The position numbers and the translations under genes were made by a program. The notes beneath the pieces are model-generated. The model worked only from the letters and a program-made list of their open reading frames with translations. It had not been told where the DNA came from and made no database searches. This document shows positions 1-9,441 of a stretch of DNA of 64,000 nt, in pieces. Source of the DNA: an uncultured delta proteobacterium (lineage in GTDB: Bacteria; Desulfobacterota; Binatia; Binatales; Binataceae); contig CAVRVY010000004.1 of the NCBI GenBank assembly GCA_963724765.1, positions 288,001 to 352,000 on the forward strand. The letters are read 5' to 3'. Numbering within the stretch: the first letter of the stretch is position 1; each line of letters begins with the position of its first letter.

Positions 1-636
1 GATTCCAACATCGCACCCGAGCAATACGTCGAGGCCGCCGCGCGCGGCCCGCGCCGCCTCGACGCCATCTGCTTCACCGAGCATCGCCTGTTCCCCGCCG
101 ATCCGGAGCTCGACCGGCGCTATGCCGAGCTGACGCAGCAGTTCGGTGTGATGGTATTCAAAGGAATCGAGGCCGACACCAACCTGGGCCATCTGCTGCT
201 GTTCGGAGTGACGCGCGAAGTGATTCGCCGCTTCGATCTGAGTTCGCGGATGCTCAAAAGCGACACGCTGATCGAAGTCATCCACGGCGAGGGCGGAATC
301 GCGATCCCGGCGCATCCGTTTCGCGATTCGGGCTTCGGTCCGCAGCTCGACGATCTGCTCGCGCGCCACGGCGCCGCGCTCGGCGTAATCGAGGCGCTCA
401 ACGGACAGAACTCGCCGCGCGAGAACGACGCCGCGCTGGTCGCGATGGAGAAGCTCGGGCTGGTCGGCGTCGGCGGCAGCGACGCGCATTTCGTAACCCC
501 GAAATGGTTCCTCAGCTGCGCGACCGAGCTGGAGCGGACAGTGAGCGATATCGAGGGACTCTGTGCCGAACTGCGCGCCGGCCGCGCCCGCCCCTTCCGC
601 TTTGAGGACGAGACAACTCCGTCAGCGAACGAATAG
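1..636 (+). CDS. PHP-domain (polymerase/histidinol phosphatase-like) metal-dependent phosphoesterase, 5' truncated by window
   Basis: Frame open from base 1; motifs ICFTEH, GIEADT..GHLL, IPAHPFR, EALNG, GGSDAH. Confidence 0.85.
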   Translation, partial: DSNIAPEQYVEAAARGPRRLDAICFTEHRLFPADPELDRRYAELTQQFGVMVFKGIEADTNLGHLLLFGVTREVIRRFDLSSRMLKSDTLIEVIHGEGGIAIPAHPFRDSGFGPQLDDLLARHGAALGVIEALNGQNSPRENDAALVAMEKLGLVGVGGSDAHFVTPKWFLSCATELERTVSDIEGLCAELRAGRARPFRFEDETTPSANE

Positions 637-713
637 GCGCAGCGCCGCGCGTCGGTCTCTTCGGTCATCAACGAACGAACAGGCGGAGCGCCGCGCGCCC
701 TCTCTTCTGTGAT

Positions 714-1799
714 CTAGCTACGCCACGGCTCGACCAGGATTTTCGCGTGCCGCTCGGGTGACGCTAAATCCTCGAAGGCCTGCGCGACGCCTTCGACTCC
801 GACCTTGCCGGTCACCAGCGGGTCGCCATTGACCTTGCCCTCGCACAGGTTGCGCAGCGTGGCGGCGAACTCCTGGCCGGTATAGCCGAGTACGAACTGC
901 AGATTGAGTTCCTTGTTGATGCCGAACAGTGGCTCGATATGATCGCGCTCCATGCAGACGCCGACCACGACCATCCGCGCGTGGGCCGGGGCCGCGGCCA
1001 TTATCGACTCGATCACGCCCGGCACTCCGACACACTCGAAAATCACCGCGGGCCGCAGCGCCGGCCCGGGCATCCACGGCGGCAGTTGCGGCGCGCGAGC
1101 GGGGTCTTTGTAAGCGGCAAGCTCGCGCCAGCTCTCGTAGGGCGACTTCTCCTTGGGATCGATCACGACGTCGGCGCCCATCTGCAGCGCGAGAGCGCGG
1201 CGGCGGGGCGAGAAATCCGCTGCGACGATCGGATGCACCCCCTTGAGCTTGAGCGCCGCGATAACCGCCAGGCCTACCGGGCCGCATCCGATCACCAGCG
1301 GCGCGTCGTCCTGCTCCATCCGCGCCTTGGCCACCGCATGATAACCGACCGCGAGCGGCTCGGTCAGCGCAGCGCGCTCGGTCGGAAGTCCGTTGGGCAC
1401 TTCGAGCAGCAGCTTCTCGGTCAGCCGCATGTATTCGCCGTAGCCGCCGGGATGGTCGTTCGAGTAGCCGACCGTCTCGACACCGGTGGCGCGAATCAGC
1501 ACGGGCATCGCACACACTCGCGCGCCAGGCTTAAAGCGGCGCTGGGTTTGAGGTCCGTAGTCGACGACCTCGGCGCAGAACTCGTGGCCCATCACGATGT
1601 CGCGTTTGAGATCCATGATGAACGGGCCGCCAGAGCGCCGCGCCCCTTCGACCAGTTTCTCGGCGTGCTTGAGCGCATGCAGATCGGAGCCGCAGATTCC
1701 GCAGGCGAGCGTCTTGACCAGCGCCTCGCCGGGGCCCGGCGCGGGCGTGGCAATATCGTCGACCACGAGCTTCTTGTTACGCATCACGGCAGCGCGCAT
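714..1799 (-). CDS. Zinc-binding alcohol dehydrogenase (MDR family)
   Basis: CGICGSDLH, GHEF, GCGPVG Rossmann motif. Confidence 0.92.
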   Translation of the reverse strand: MRAAVMRNKKLVVDDIATPAPGPGEALVKTLACGICGSDLHALKHAEKLVEGARRSGGPFIMDLKRDIVMGHEFCAEVVDYGPQTQRRFKPGARVCAMPVLIRATGVETVGYSNDHPGGYGEYMRLTEKLLLEVPNGLPTERAALTEPLAVGYHAVAKARMEQDDAPLVIGCGPVGLAVIAALKLKGVHPIVAADFSPRRRALALQMGADVVIDPKEKSPYESWRELAAYKDPARAPQLPPWMPGPALRPAVIFECVGVPGVIESIMAAAPAHARMVVVGVCMERDHIEPLFGINKELNLQFVLGYTGQEFAATLRNLCEGKVNGDPLVTGKVGVEGVAQAFEDLASPERHAKILVEPWRS

Positions 1800-1882
1800 G
1801 AGGTAGTCCTCCGAATCGTGACGTTATCCCAGGAGTCGGTTGAGCAATAGCTAATCACTGAGCAATAGCCTTGGGCGCGCCG

Positions 1883-3907
1883 CTACAATTGCTCCAGCTC
1901 GCGCACGAAGCGGCGTAAATCGGACGGACGGCCGGCGGCCATAATGGTGTCGCCGGGATTGAGCTTGCGCTCGGGCGTAATCGGCACGAACCCGTCTTCG
2001 CTCGCGCCGGCTTTTTGCACCGCGAGCACGCTCACGCCGAAGCGCGTGCGCGGCGCAAGCTCGACCATCGTCTTACCTTGCGCGGTTGGCGGCACGATGA
2101 TGCGCATCAGACGATAGCCGGTCGCCCAGAAGATACTGGTGCCGGTGTTGGCGAGCGTCGAAAGCGACACCGCCATCCGGTTCAGCACCTGGCCAATCTC
2201 CTTGCGCGCGATAAGGCCGGCCAGGTGCCGGCCGCGCTGGCCGGCGGTGCTATCAACCACCGGCAATTCCTCGAGGTCCTCGGACTCCATCAGTTGCGCG
2301 GCCTCGTCGAGATTGGAATCGCCGCTCACCACCGGGCAATTGCGCCGGCAGATGTCGTAGGCGTTGACCAAGCCCACCACGTCGGCCTGGCTGCTCAGCA
2401 TCGCGACCAGGTCGCGCGTCACGATAAGGCCGGCCAGTCCGCCAGCGTCGTCGACCACCGGCAGCGTCGCCTGCGCGGTGTCGCCCGCCGCGCGCAAAAC
2501 TTCCGCGAGCGGGGCCTTGGATTGCACGACCGCCGGGTCGTGCGTCATCACGCTCTCGACCGGAATCTGCGTCAGCACCAGCCGTTCGCGGCCAATCTCG
2601 AGCGTCTTGCCTTCGCGCGCCAGACGATAGGTGTCGATCGACTCATGCTCGAGCGAGCGCGAAACTACCAACGCCGTCACCACCGCGATCATCGCCGGCA
2701 GCGCGACCTGGTAATTCTGGGTCATATCGAGCAGCAAAAAAAGCGCGGTCAACGGCGCGTGCGTCACGCCGCACAGGAAGGTGCTCAATCCGACCAGCGC
2801 GTACGACCCGCGCGGTCCGGTCAGCTTCGGCACTATCGAGGCCATCGCGCGCTGAAACGTCGCCCCCGCCATCGTGCCGATGAAAAACGTCGGGCCGAAG
2901 ACGCCGCCAGGCGCGCCGCACCCGAGCGACACGCTGGAGGTGAAGAACTTGGCCGCGGTCAGCGCGAACGTGATCCCGATGGCGAAGCGGCCCTCCATCG
3001 CGCGGTTGATCATCGGATAGCCGTCGGAGAGGTTCTGCGGCAATGGAATCGCGACCAGGCCGACGACCAGCAGGCCCAACGCCAGACGGGCCCACTGCGG
3101 CCCTTTCATCCTGCGGAAAGCCGCTGCGGTGGCATGGAAGAAATGGATGTAGCCAGCGCTGAGCGCGCCCAGCAGAGCACCCATCAAGGTGTATGACAGC
3201 AGTTCCCAATAACTGCGCATCACAAAGACCGGGGTCTGGAAGACCGCGGCGTCGCCGGTAATCGCACGCGAAAAGACCACTGCGCTCACGGTCGAGACCA
3301 GCAACAGCGTCAGGTTGCTAAGCTCGGTCTCGCCGAGCAGGACGATCTCCTGGGCAAAGAGCACACCACCGACCGGAGCGTTGAAGGTGGTGGCGATCCC
3401 GGCGCCCGCACCGGCGGCGATCAGGACCTTGGCGCGGTCGGCCGGCAAGCGGCGCAATTGCGCGACCGCCGAGCCGATCGCTCCGCCGATTTGCGCGATC
3501 GGCCCCTCGCGTCCGACCGAGGCGCCGCAGCCGAGCGACAACGCCGCGCCCACAGCCTTAAGCACGATCCAGCGCCGCTTGATCCGCGCGCTGCCGAGAT
3601 TCACCATTTCGAGGAAATTCGGAAAGCCGTAGCCGAGCACGTCGCCCGGAAACAGCCAGTTGAGCAGGATCATCCCAACGCCGCCGCTCAGCAGCACCAC
3701 CGGCACCAGCCCAAGCCGCAGGCCGCCGTGCGCGATTCCGAGCGCATCCCATTCCATGCCCAGGAACACCCAAGTGAAGAATTCGATCAGCGCGCGAAAG
3801 CCCAGATTGCCAAGCGCGGCCAGCACGCCGACCACCGCCGCCAGCAGAATCTGCAGCGTGTAGTTGAACTCGTCAGTACGTAACGATAGCGGCCGCAATA
3901 TCCGCAT
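1883..3907 (-). CDS. ClC-family chloride channel/transporter with CBS pair and C-terminal TrkA-C (RCK_C) domain
   Basis: GREGP, FNAP, GGVFGP, THAPLT motifs; CBS-like segments; C-terminal RFGVSVLAV...L.PGD. Confidence 0.9.
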   Translation of the reverse strand: MRILRPLSLRTDEFNYTLQILLAAVVGVLAALGNLGFRALIEFFTWVFLGMEWDALGIAHGGLRLGLVPVVLLSGGVGMILLNWLFPGDVLGYGFPNFLEMVNLGSARIKRRWIVLKAVGAALSLGCGASVGREGPIAQIGGAIGSAVAQLRRLPADRAKVLIAAGAGAGIATTFNAPVGGVLFAQEIVLLGETELSNLTLLLVSTVSAVVFSRAITGDAAVFQTPVFVMRSYWELLSYTLMGALLGALSAGYIHFFHATAAAFRRMKGPQWARLALGLLVVGLVAIPLPQNLSDGYPMINRAMEGRFAIGITFALTAAKFFTSSVSLGCGAPGGVFGPTFFIGTMAGATFQRAMASIVPKLTGPRGSYALVGLSTFLCGVTHAPLTALFLLLDMTQNYQVALPAMIAVVTALVVSRSLEHESIDTYRLAREGKTLEIGRERLVLTQIPVESVMTHDPAVVQSKAPLAEVLRAAGDTAQATLPVVDDAGGLAGLIVTRDLVAMLSSQADVVGLVNAYDICRRNCPVVSGDSNLDEAAQLMESEDLEELPVVDSTAGQRGRHLAGLIARKEIGQVLNRMAVSLSTLANTGTSIFWATGYRLMRIIVPPTAQGKTMVELAPRTRFGVSVLAVQKAGASEDGFVPITPERKLNPGDTIMAAGRPSDLRRFVRELEQL

Positions 3908-3994
3908 CAGCCAGCTCCCCTCCCCTGCCTCCCCGCGCTCGCGCGCGCCAACGTCCCGCGCACGCGGCTCCGCGCCTCACCCCGGGGCCGAGCG

Positions 3995-4888
3995 CTACAA
4001 ACCGAGGAAGCGATGGACCACGGCGAGGAACTCCGCGAGCTGATCGTGATGAACCCAGTGGCCGGCCTTGCGAATCGTCACCAGCTCGGAAGTGCGGAAA
4101 GAGTCCAGGCGCCCGTCGCGCTCCCAGTCGCCGGCCCACGACTCGTCACCGCGTACCAGCAGCGTCGGGCAGCGGATGCGGCTCCAGATTTCGGTCGCGT
4201 CCTTGAGGTTGAACAGGTATGGCGAATGGGCGCGGGTGTAATTGTCGAATTTCCATGAGTAGGTGCCGTTCTCGTTGCGCCGCACGCCGTGGATCGTCAG
4301 ATGGCGCGCCTGCTCGAGACTGAGATGCGGGTTGGCGACGCGCATTCGCTCCAGCGCCTCCTCGATATTCGGGTACTCGCGCGGCCTGCGCTGGGCGAGC
4401 GCGCGCATATCACCGACCCAGTTATCCATCCGCTCGTAGGCCGGGGTTTCACGCAGCATCGCGGAGGGCGGCCCCAGGCCCTCGATCGCGATCAGCGCCT
4501 TGACCAAATCGGGGAATACGCCGGCCACTTGCAGCGCGACGCCCGCGCCCAGCGAATGGCCGATCAGCGTGACCGGCCCGCCGGCGATCGCGTTGGTCAA
4601 CTGGTAGAGATCGAGCACGTGATCGATCATGGCGTAGCTGCCGCCAATCGCCCAATCGGAATCGCCATGGCCGCGAAGATCGGGGGCGACCAGATGGAAG
4701 TGCTGGCGCAACTCGAGCGCGACCCAATCCCAGTTGCGGCAATGGTCGCGTCCGCCGTGCACCAGGATCGCCATCGGCTTGTCCGCGTTGCCCCAGTCGA
4801 CATAGTGAAGCTTCAGCCGCTGGGAATAGAAGTAATGCGAAGTGGGGCCGATAATGTCCGTCATGATATTCGTGACGACCTCCGCCAT
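3995..4888 (-). CDS. Alpha/beta hydrolase
   Basis: HGGRD, PDLRGHG, GHSLG nucleophile elbow, AGHWVHH; ATG 4888 preceded by AGGAGG. Confidence 0.9.
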   Translation of the reverse strand: MAEVVTNIMTDIIGPTSHYFYSQRLKLHYVDWGNADKPMAILVHGGRDHCRNWDWVALELRQHFHLVAPDLRGHGDSDWAIGGSYAMIDHVLDLYQLTNAIAGGPVTLIGHSLGAGVALQVAGVFPDLVKALIAIEGLGPPSAMLRETPAYERMDNWVGDMRALAQRRPREYPNIEEALERMRVANPHLSLEQARHLTIHGVRRNENGTYSWKFDNYTRAHSPYLFNLKDATEIWSRIRCPTLLVRGDESWAGDWERDGRLDSFRTSELVTIRKAGHWVHHDQLAEFLAVVHRFLGL

Positions 4889-5024
4889 GGCGCCTCCTTG
4901 GGCCGTGCGCGCGCGGCCCTGACCCATCCGCGGCCATCCGCCAGGCCGGGGCGCGCGGGACCCGCCCTATAATCCAATGGAAAGCCGCCGCAGCCGCAAG
5001 AGGCCGGCTGCGAAACTCCGCGCC

Positions 5025-5061
5025 GGAATTCCTCGCTTCGCAGACTTCGCTCGGAATGACA
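5025..5061. repeat. REP-like extragenic palindrome (…cttcgctcggaatgaca)
   Basis: Resembles the GTCAT(T/C)C(C/T)GAGC..AGCGA family also present at 31556-31657. Confidence 0.5.
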
Positions 5062-5076
5062 TTGTCGACTTTTTCT

Positions 5077-5103
5077 AAAAAGGGCCGCTCGCGAGCGGCC
5101 CTT
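5077..5103 (-). terminator. Rho-independent terminator after aminotransferase
   Basis: aagggccgctc-gc-gagcggccctt hairpin followed by a T-run on the minus strand. Confidence 0.75.
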
Positions 5104-5117
5104 GCACCAGAACGGTA

Positions 5118-6458
5118 CTACCGCAGATTCGGGTGCACGTCGTCGAGCGTCGCACGCAGCCGACTCACGATGTATTCAATTTCGTCGGTGCCGATCACAA
5201 ACGGCGGCGTGACCATCACCGCGTCGCCGCCCGGCCGCGCCATCCCGGTCGCCGGATAGACGAACAGTCCGCGCTTGAGTCCCGCCGCGACCACTCTGCT
5301 CGCAACCTTCATCGCCGGCGGATACGGCGCGCGCGAGGCGCGGTCGCGCACCATCTCGACGCCCCAGAACATCCCGGTGCCGCGGATATCGCCGACCATC
5401 GGATGCCCCGACAGTTCCTCCTTGAGTTGCGCGCCCAGCCGCGCGCCCATCTCGGCCGCGCGCTCGATCAGATGCTCGCGCTCCATGATTTCGAGCACGC
5501 GGTCGGCGACCGCGCAGGCGGTCGGATGCGAGCTGTAGGTGTAGAACATGAAGTCGGCGCCCTTCGCTTCGCACTGCTCGACCAGGCTCTCCTGCACCGC
5601 GATCATGCCCATCGGCATGTAGCCGCCGGTCAGTCCTTTGCCGCCGACCAGGATGTCGGGGATGACGTTCCAATGGTCCACGGCGAAGCGGCGTCCGGTG
5701 CGTCCGAACCCGGTCATCACTTCGTCGGCGATCAGCAGCACGCCGTGGCGCTGGCAGATCTCGGCGAGGCGCGGCCAGTACTCCTTAACCGGCGGCACCG
5801 AGCCGCCCGCCGAACCCATCATCGGCTCGGCGATAAACGCCGCGATCGTGTCCTCGCCCTGGCGATCGATCTCCTCTTCGAGCGCATTGGCGCAATCGAT
5901 ATCGCATCCGGGGTAGGTCTTGTCCCACGGACAGCGGTAACAATACGACGGTTTGATCTTCGGCCAATCGAACAGCACGCGCTCGTAGTCGGCGCGGCGC
6001 AGGCTTGCGCCAACCGAAAGCGCGGCGATGGAGTTGCCGTGGTAGGAAGCCTCGCGCGCGATAATTTTCGTGCGCTCGGGGCGGCCGTGCACCTTGTGAT
6101 ACATCAGCGCGAACTTGAGCGCCGCCTCGACCGCCTCCGATCCGCCCGAAGTGAAGAAAAAGCGCGTGAGGCCCGGCGGAGTCCATCGCGCGAGCCGCTC
6201 GACCAGCCGCTGGCGCTGCGGCGTCGACCAGATCGGAACGACGTAGTTGGCGCGGCGCACCTCTTCGGCCATCAGTTGCGCGATTTCCTCGCGCCCTTGC
6301 CCGATGTTGGTCACCACGGCGCCGGCCGCCGCGTCGAGGATTTTTCCGCCGTCGGCGGTGTAGAGCCACGCCCCCTCGGCATGGTCGATCAGCAGCGGCT
6401 CATAGGGACCGCGAATGAAGGTTAACGGCAGCTTGGGTGACTCGGGTATCTCGGCCAT
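5118..6458 (-). CDS. Class III PLP aminotransferase
   Basis: SGGSEA, YHG, IADEVMTGFGRTG, GKGLTGG (PLP lysine). Confidence 0.92.
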   Translation of the reverse strand: MAEIPESPKLPLTFIRGPYEPLLIDHAEGAWLYTADGGKILDAAAGAVVTNIGQGREEIAQLMAEEVRRANYVVPIWSTPQRQRLVERLARWTPPGLTRFFFTSGGSEAVEAALKFALMYHKVHGRPERTKIIAREASYHGNSIAALSVGASLRRADYERVLFDWPKIKPSYCYRCPWDKTYPGCDIDCANALEEEIDRQGEDTIAAFIAEPMMGSAGGSVPPVKEYWPRLAEICQRHGVLLIADEVMTGFGRTGRRFAVDHWNVIPDILVGGKGLTGGYMPMGMIAVQESLVEQCEAKGADFMFYTYSSHPTACAVADRVLEIMEREHLIERAAEMGARLGAQLKEELSGHPMVGDIRGTGMFWGVEMVRDRASRAPYPPAMKVASRVVAAGLKRGLFVYPATGMARPGGDAVMVTPPFVIGTDEIEYIVSRLRATLDDVHPNLR

Positions 6459-6485
6459 TGCCACGCTCCTCACACCGATCGCGCC

Positions 6486-7691
6486 CTAACGGATCGCGCC
6501 CTCGGCACGCCAGCGCTCGATATCGTTCTGATTGTAGCCGAGGTCGGTCAGGATTTCGTCGGTATGCTGGCCGAGCTTGGGCGCGAGCGAGCGGATCGAT
6601 CCAGGGGTCTCGGAGAGCTTGACCGAAATTCCGACCTGCTTGACCTTTTCGCCGGTGGGCGCTTCGACCTCGACGATCATGTTGCGCGCGCGGATTTGCG
6701 GGTCGTGCTCGAGTTCGTCCAGCGTCAGCATCCGGCCCACGCAGATATCGGCTTTGGTCAGCACTTCCCACCACTCGTCGCGGGTTTTGGTCTTGAAGAT
6801 CTCGGCGAAGCGCAGCTTGATCTCGTCGAAGCGGGAGCTGTTGTACTCGTCTTGGATAAATTCCTCGGTGCCGAGCGCGCGGCACAAATTGGAGTAGAAC
6901 CACGGCTCGACAGAACCGATCGTGATATATTTGTCGTCCTTGGTCAGATAAAGGTTGTAATACGGCGCCGAGCCGTCCAGCGTGGTTGCGCCGCGCCGCG
7001 GAATCCATCCCTTGCCGTAATGGTTGGAGAGCGCCTGCGCGATCAGCAGCATCGTCCCGTCCAGCATCGCGATATCCACATACTGTCCGCGGCCGGTCTG
7101 ATGGCGCGCGAGCAGCGCCGCAAGCACGCCGATCGCCGCGTGCATCCCGCCCCCCGCGTAATCCGCGAGCAGATTCTGCGGAATCGTCGGTGGCTGGTCC
7201 TTGCGCCCGATCATCGAGAGCGCACCCGACTGCGCGATATAGTTGAGGTCGTGGCCGACGAAATCGCGATACGGCCCGGTTTGGCCGAAGCCGGTCACCG
7301 CGCAGTAGACCAGGCGCGGATTGCGCGCCGAGAGCATCGGGAAGTCGATTCCCAGCCGCTTGGCAACGCCGGGGCGGAATTCCTCGACCACCACGTCGGC
7401 GCGCTGCGCCATCCGCAGAAAGACCTCGCGCCCCGCCCCACTTTTGAGATTTAGCCCGATCGATTTCTTGTTGCGTCCAAGCGCGTTGTGCACGCCCAGG
7501 CCAGTCGCCGGGCGCTGCGTCTTGCCCGAGGCCGCGGCCTGCTCGGCGCGCCGTCCGGTGGGCGGCCCGGGTTCTTCGACCTTGATGATATCCGCGCCAA
7601 GGTCGCCGAGGATCATCGTGCAATGCGGTCCGGGAGCGAGCTTGGTGAGGTCGATAACCTTGATGCCGCTGAGCGGTGCGATTGAAGCCAT
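6486..7691 (-). CDS. CaiB/BaiF family III CoA-transferase
   Basis: PGP..LGDLGADIIKVE, RNKKSI, FRPGV, GHDLNY. Confidence 0.93.
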   Translation of the reverse strand: MASIAPLSGIKVIDLTKLAPGPHCTMILGDLGADIIKVEEPGPPTGRRAEQAAASGKTQRPATGLGVHNALGRNKKSIGLNLKSGAGREVFLRMAQRADVVVEEFRPGVAKRLGIDFPMLSARNPRLVYCAVTGFGQTGPYRDFVGHDLNYIAQSGALSMIGRKDQPPTIPQNLLADYAGGGMHAAIGVLAALLARHQTGRGQYVDIAMLDGTMLLIAQALSNHYGKGWIPRRGATTLDGSAPYYNLYLTKDDKYITIGSVEPWFYSNLCRALGTEEFIQDEYNSSRFDEIKLRFAEIFKTKTRDEWWEVLTKADICVGRMLTLDELEHDPQIRARNMIVEVEAPTGEKVKQVGISVKLSETPGSIRSLAPKLGQHTDEILTDLGYNQNDIERWRAEGAIR

Positions 7692-7840
7692 GAGCTTGCA
7701 GTGTCTCCTTCGTTACGGCGTGCGCGCGTCAAAGGCGCGCGCAATTGCATTGGTGATGATGTACTTTCTTTAAATCGTCGCGTCCACGCGCGCAAACCCT
7801 CGATGCCGGCCGTCGCGCTCCGCGGCCTCGCGCGTGTGGC

Positions 7841-8677
7841 TTAGACCACCGCCGCGCGCAGCCGCGAAAGCCGCTCGTTCAGCGCGCGCAGCCCCTCGAC
7901 CATGTGCACGCCGTACCAGTGCAGGTCGCGACCGCTGATCAGCAGCACCCGGCGCCCCAGCGCCGCCGGCAGCATCGCTTTAAGCTCATCGAGGTCGCCC
8001 TGGCCGAATTCGTACGGTTCGTCGGGCAACAGCACGATATCGGGGCGATGCTCGACGGCCTCTTCGATCGTGGTGCGCGGATAGCGCTCGCCGGCGGCAG
8101 CATAGACGTTGTTGAAGCCCATCATGCGCAGCACGTCATGCGCATAGGTATCGCCGTTGAAGGTCATCCAGGGCTTTTTCCAAATAGGACAGAACACGCG
8201 CAGCCGAAGCTTGCTCCAGACGCCGAGCCCGGCCTCGACTCCGCTCACCGAGAGCGTTATCTCGCGCGCGAGCGTCGCCGCCTGCGATTCGCGATCCAGC
8301 GCGCGGCCGATACGCAGGATCGATTCGACCGCGCCCGGCACCGTGCGCGGATAGGTGGTGAGCACCGGCACTCCCTGCTCACGCAGACGCTCGATATCCT
8401 CGCGGCGGTTTTCCTCCGCGTTGGCGATCACCAGGTCCGGCTTGAGCTTCGCGATCTCGCGCAGGTTGGGATTTTTGGTGCCGCCCACCTTGGGGATCGC
8501 CGCGAGTGCCTGGGCCGGCTCGACGCAAAAGCGCGTTGCCGCGACCACCATCTCACCCGCGCCCAGCGCGAACAGCGTCTGCGTCCAGCTCGGCACCAGT
8601 GAGACAACGCGAGACGGCGGGCGCTCGAGCTCAACCTTTAGACCGATATCGTCGCTGAGTTGAAGCCATAAGGCCAT
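7841..8677 (-). CDS. BtuF-like helical-backbone metal/cobalamin-binding protein
   Basis: RVVSLVPS, GGTKNP, PDLVIAN.EEN, PDEPY. Confidence 0.85.
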   Translation of the reverse strand: MALWLQLSDDIGLKVELERPPSRVVSLVPSWTQTLFALGAGEMVVAATRFCVEPAQALAAIPKVGGTKNPNLREIAKLKPDLVIANAEENRREDIERLREQGVPVLTTYPRTVPGAVESILRIGRALDRESQAATLAREITLSVSGVEAGLGVWSKLRLRVFCPIWKKPWMTFNGDTYAHDVLRMMGFNNVYAAAGERYPRTTIEEAVEHRPDIVLLPDEPYEFGQGDLDELKAMLPAALGRRVLLISGRDLHWYGVHMVEGLRALNERLSRLRAAVV

Positions 8678-8688
8678 CGGGGTTCGAC

Positions 8689-9030
8689 CTACCTGCCGCT
8701 GCTCTTTTGCCGCACTATCTGATCGAGCGCACGGCGGTCGGAGTCGGTCAGGCGCTCGGTCGTGCCGTCGTTCAACGGCTGCGCCGACTGCAACGGCTGC
8801 GCCGGCTGCAACCGCTGCGTCGACTGCAATGGCTGCGCCGGCTGGCCCGGCCGAGACTCGCCCGCTATCGCAGGCAACCGCGTCGCGCAGCGATGGGTCA
8901 GGAAATTCATCGCACGCGGCGCCAGCACGCGCCGGGTGATGAATCCGGCCACGAGCACGAGCAAGGCCACCATCAGGATCATGCTGGGACGCTTACGCCT
9001 GACGCGTGACCGCCGCCGCCGTTTTGCCAT
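8689..9030 (-). CDS. Small single-TM hypothetical protein with hexapeptide repeats
   Basis: Basic N-terminus, hydrophobic helix, PAQPLQ-type repeats, C-terminal E.LT.SDRRALD. Confidence 0.6.
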   Translation of the reverse strand: MAKRRRRSRVRRKRPSMILMVALLVLVAGFITRRVLAPRAMNFLTHRCATRLPAIAGESRPGQPAQPLQSTQRLQPAQPLQSAQPLNDGTTERLTDSDRRALDQIVRQKSSGR

Positions 9031-9193
9031 CGAGAAAAACCCCGCGCGAACCGTCAGACACCCCTCATCCGTCACACTTCCGCCATCCAATCCGCCGCCG
9101 CGGGCCGGATAACCCATCCGTCACAGATGCGGGCTGCGGAATCCTAGCGCACCGCGATGCTAATTAGAACCGGCCATACGCATCCACGTCGTC

Positions 9194-9232
9194 GAAGCGC
9201 GAGCTGGAAGCGCGAGCTGCAAGCGGGAGCTG
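9194..9232. repeat. 13-bp tandem repeat x3 (gaagcgcgagctg)
   Basis: Units at 9194, 9207, 9220 read directly. Confidence 0.8.
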
Positions 9233-9244
9233 AGTGACGTCGTC

Positions 9245-9297
9245 AAAAACGGCACGTGGCGGGCGGCTCCCCTGCTCCAGGGATACCCGCCCGCCGC
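9245..9297 (-). terminator. Putative terminator downstream of degQ
   Basis: ggcgggcgg/ccgcccgcc inverted repeat; T-run nearby on the minus strand. Confidence 0.5.
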
Positions 9298-9309
9298 TTG
9301 TTTTACTGA

Positions 9310-9430
9310 TCTCTTGGAAGGCCCGTTGGCGTCCCAGCTCAGTTCTTCGGTTTGGTGACCGTGCGCATCCTCTCTTGGAAGCCCGTTGGCGTCCAGCTCA
9401 GTTCTACGGTTTGGTGACCGTGTGCCTCAT
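9310..9430 (-). repeat. ~60-bp direct repeat x2 in degQ 3' region
   Basis: 9310-9370 and 9371-9430 nearly identical. Confidence 0.9.
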
Positions 9431-9441
9431 GGCGTTATCGC

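Noticed and set aside
8762-9112. + strand ORF with CNGCADCNGCAGC repeats resembling a metallothionein/ferredoxin
   Set aside because: Antisense shadow of 18-bp repeats in the minus-strand membrane protein gene, which fits the operon direction
9310-9430. Possible mini-CRISPR array
   Set aside because: Only two abutting units, no unique spacers, no cas genes
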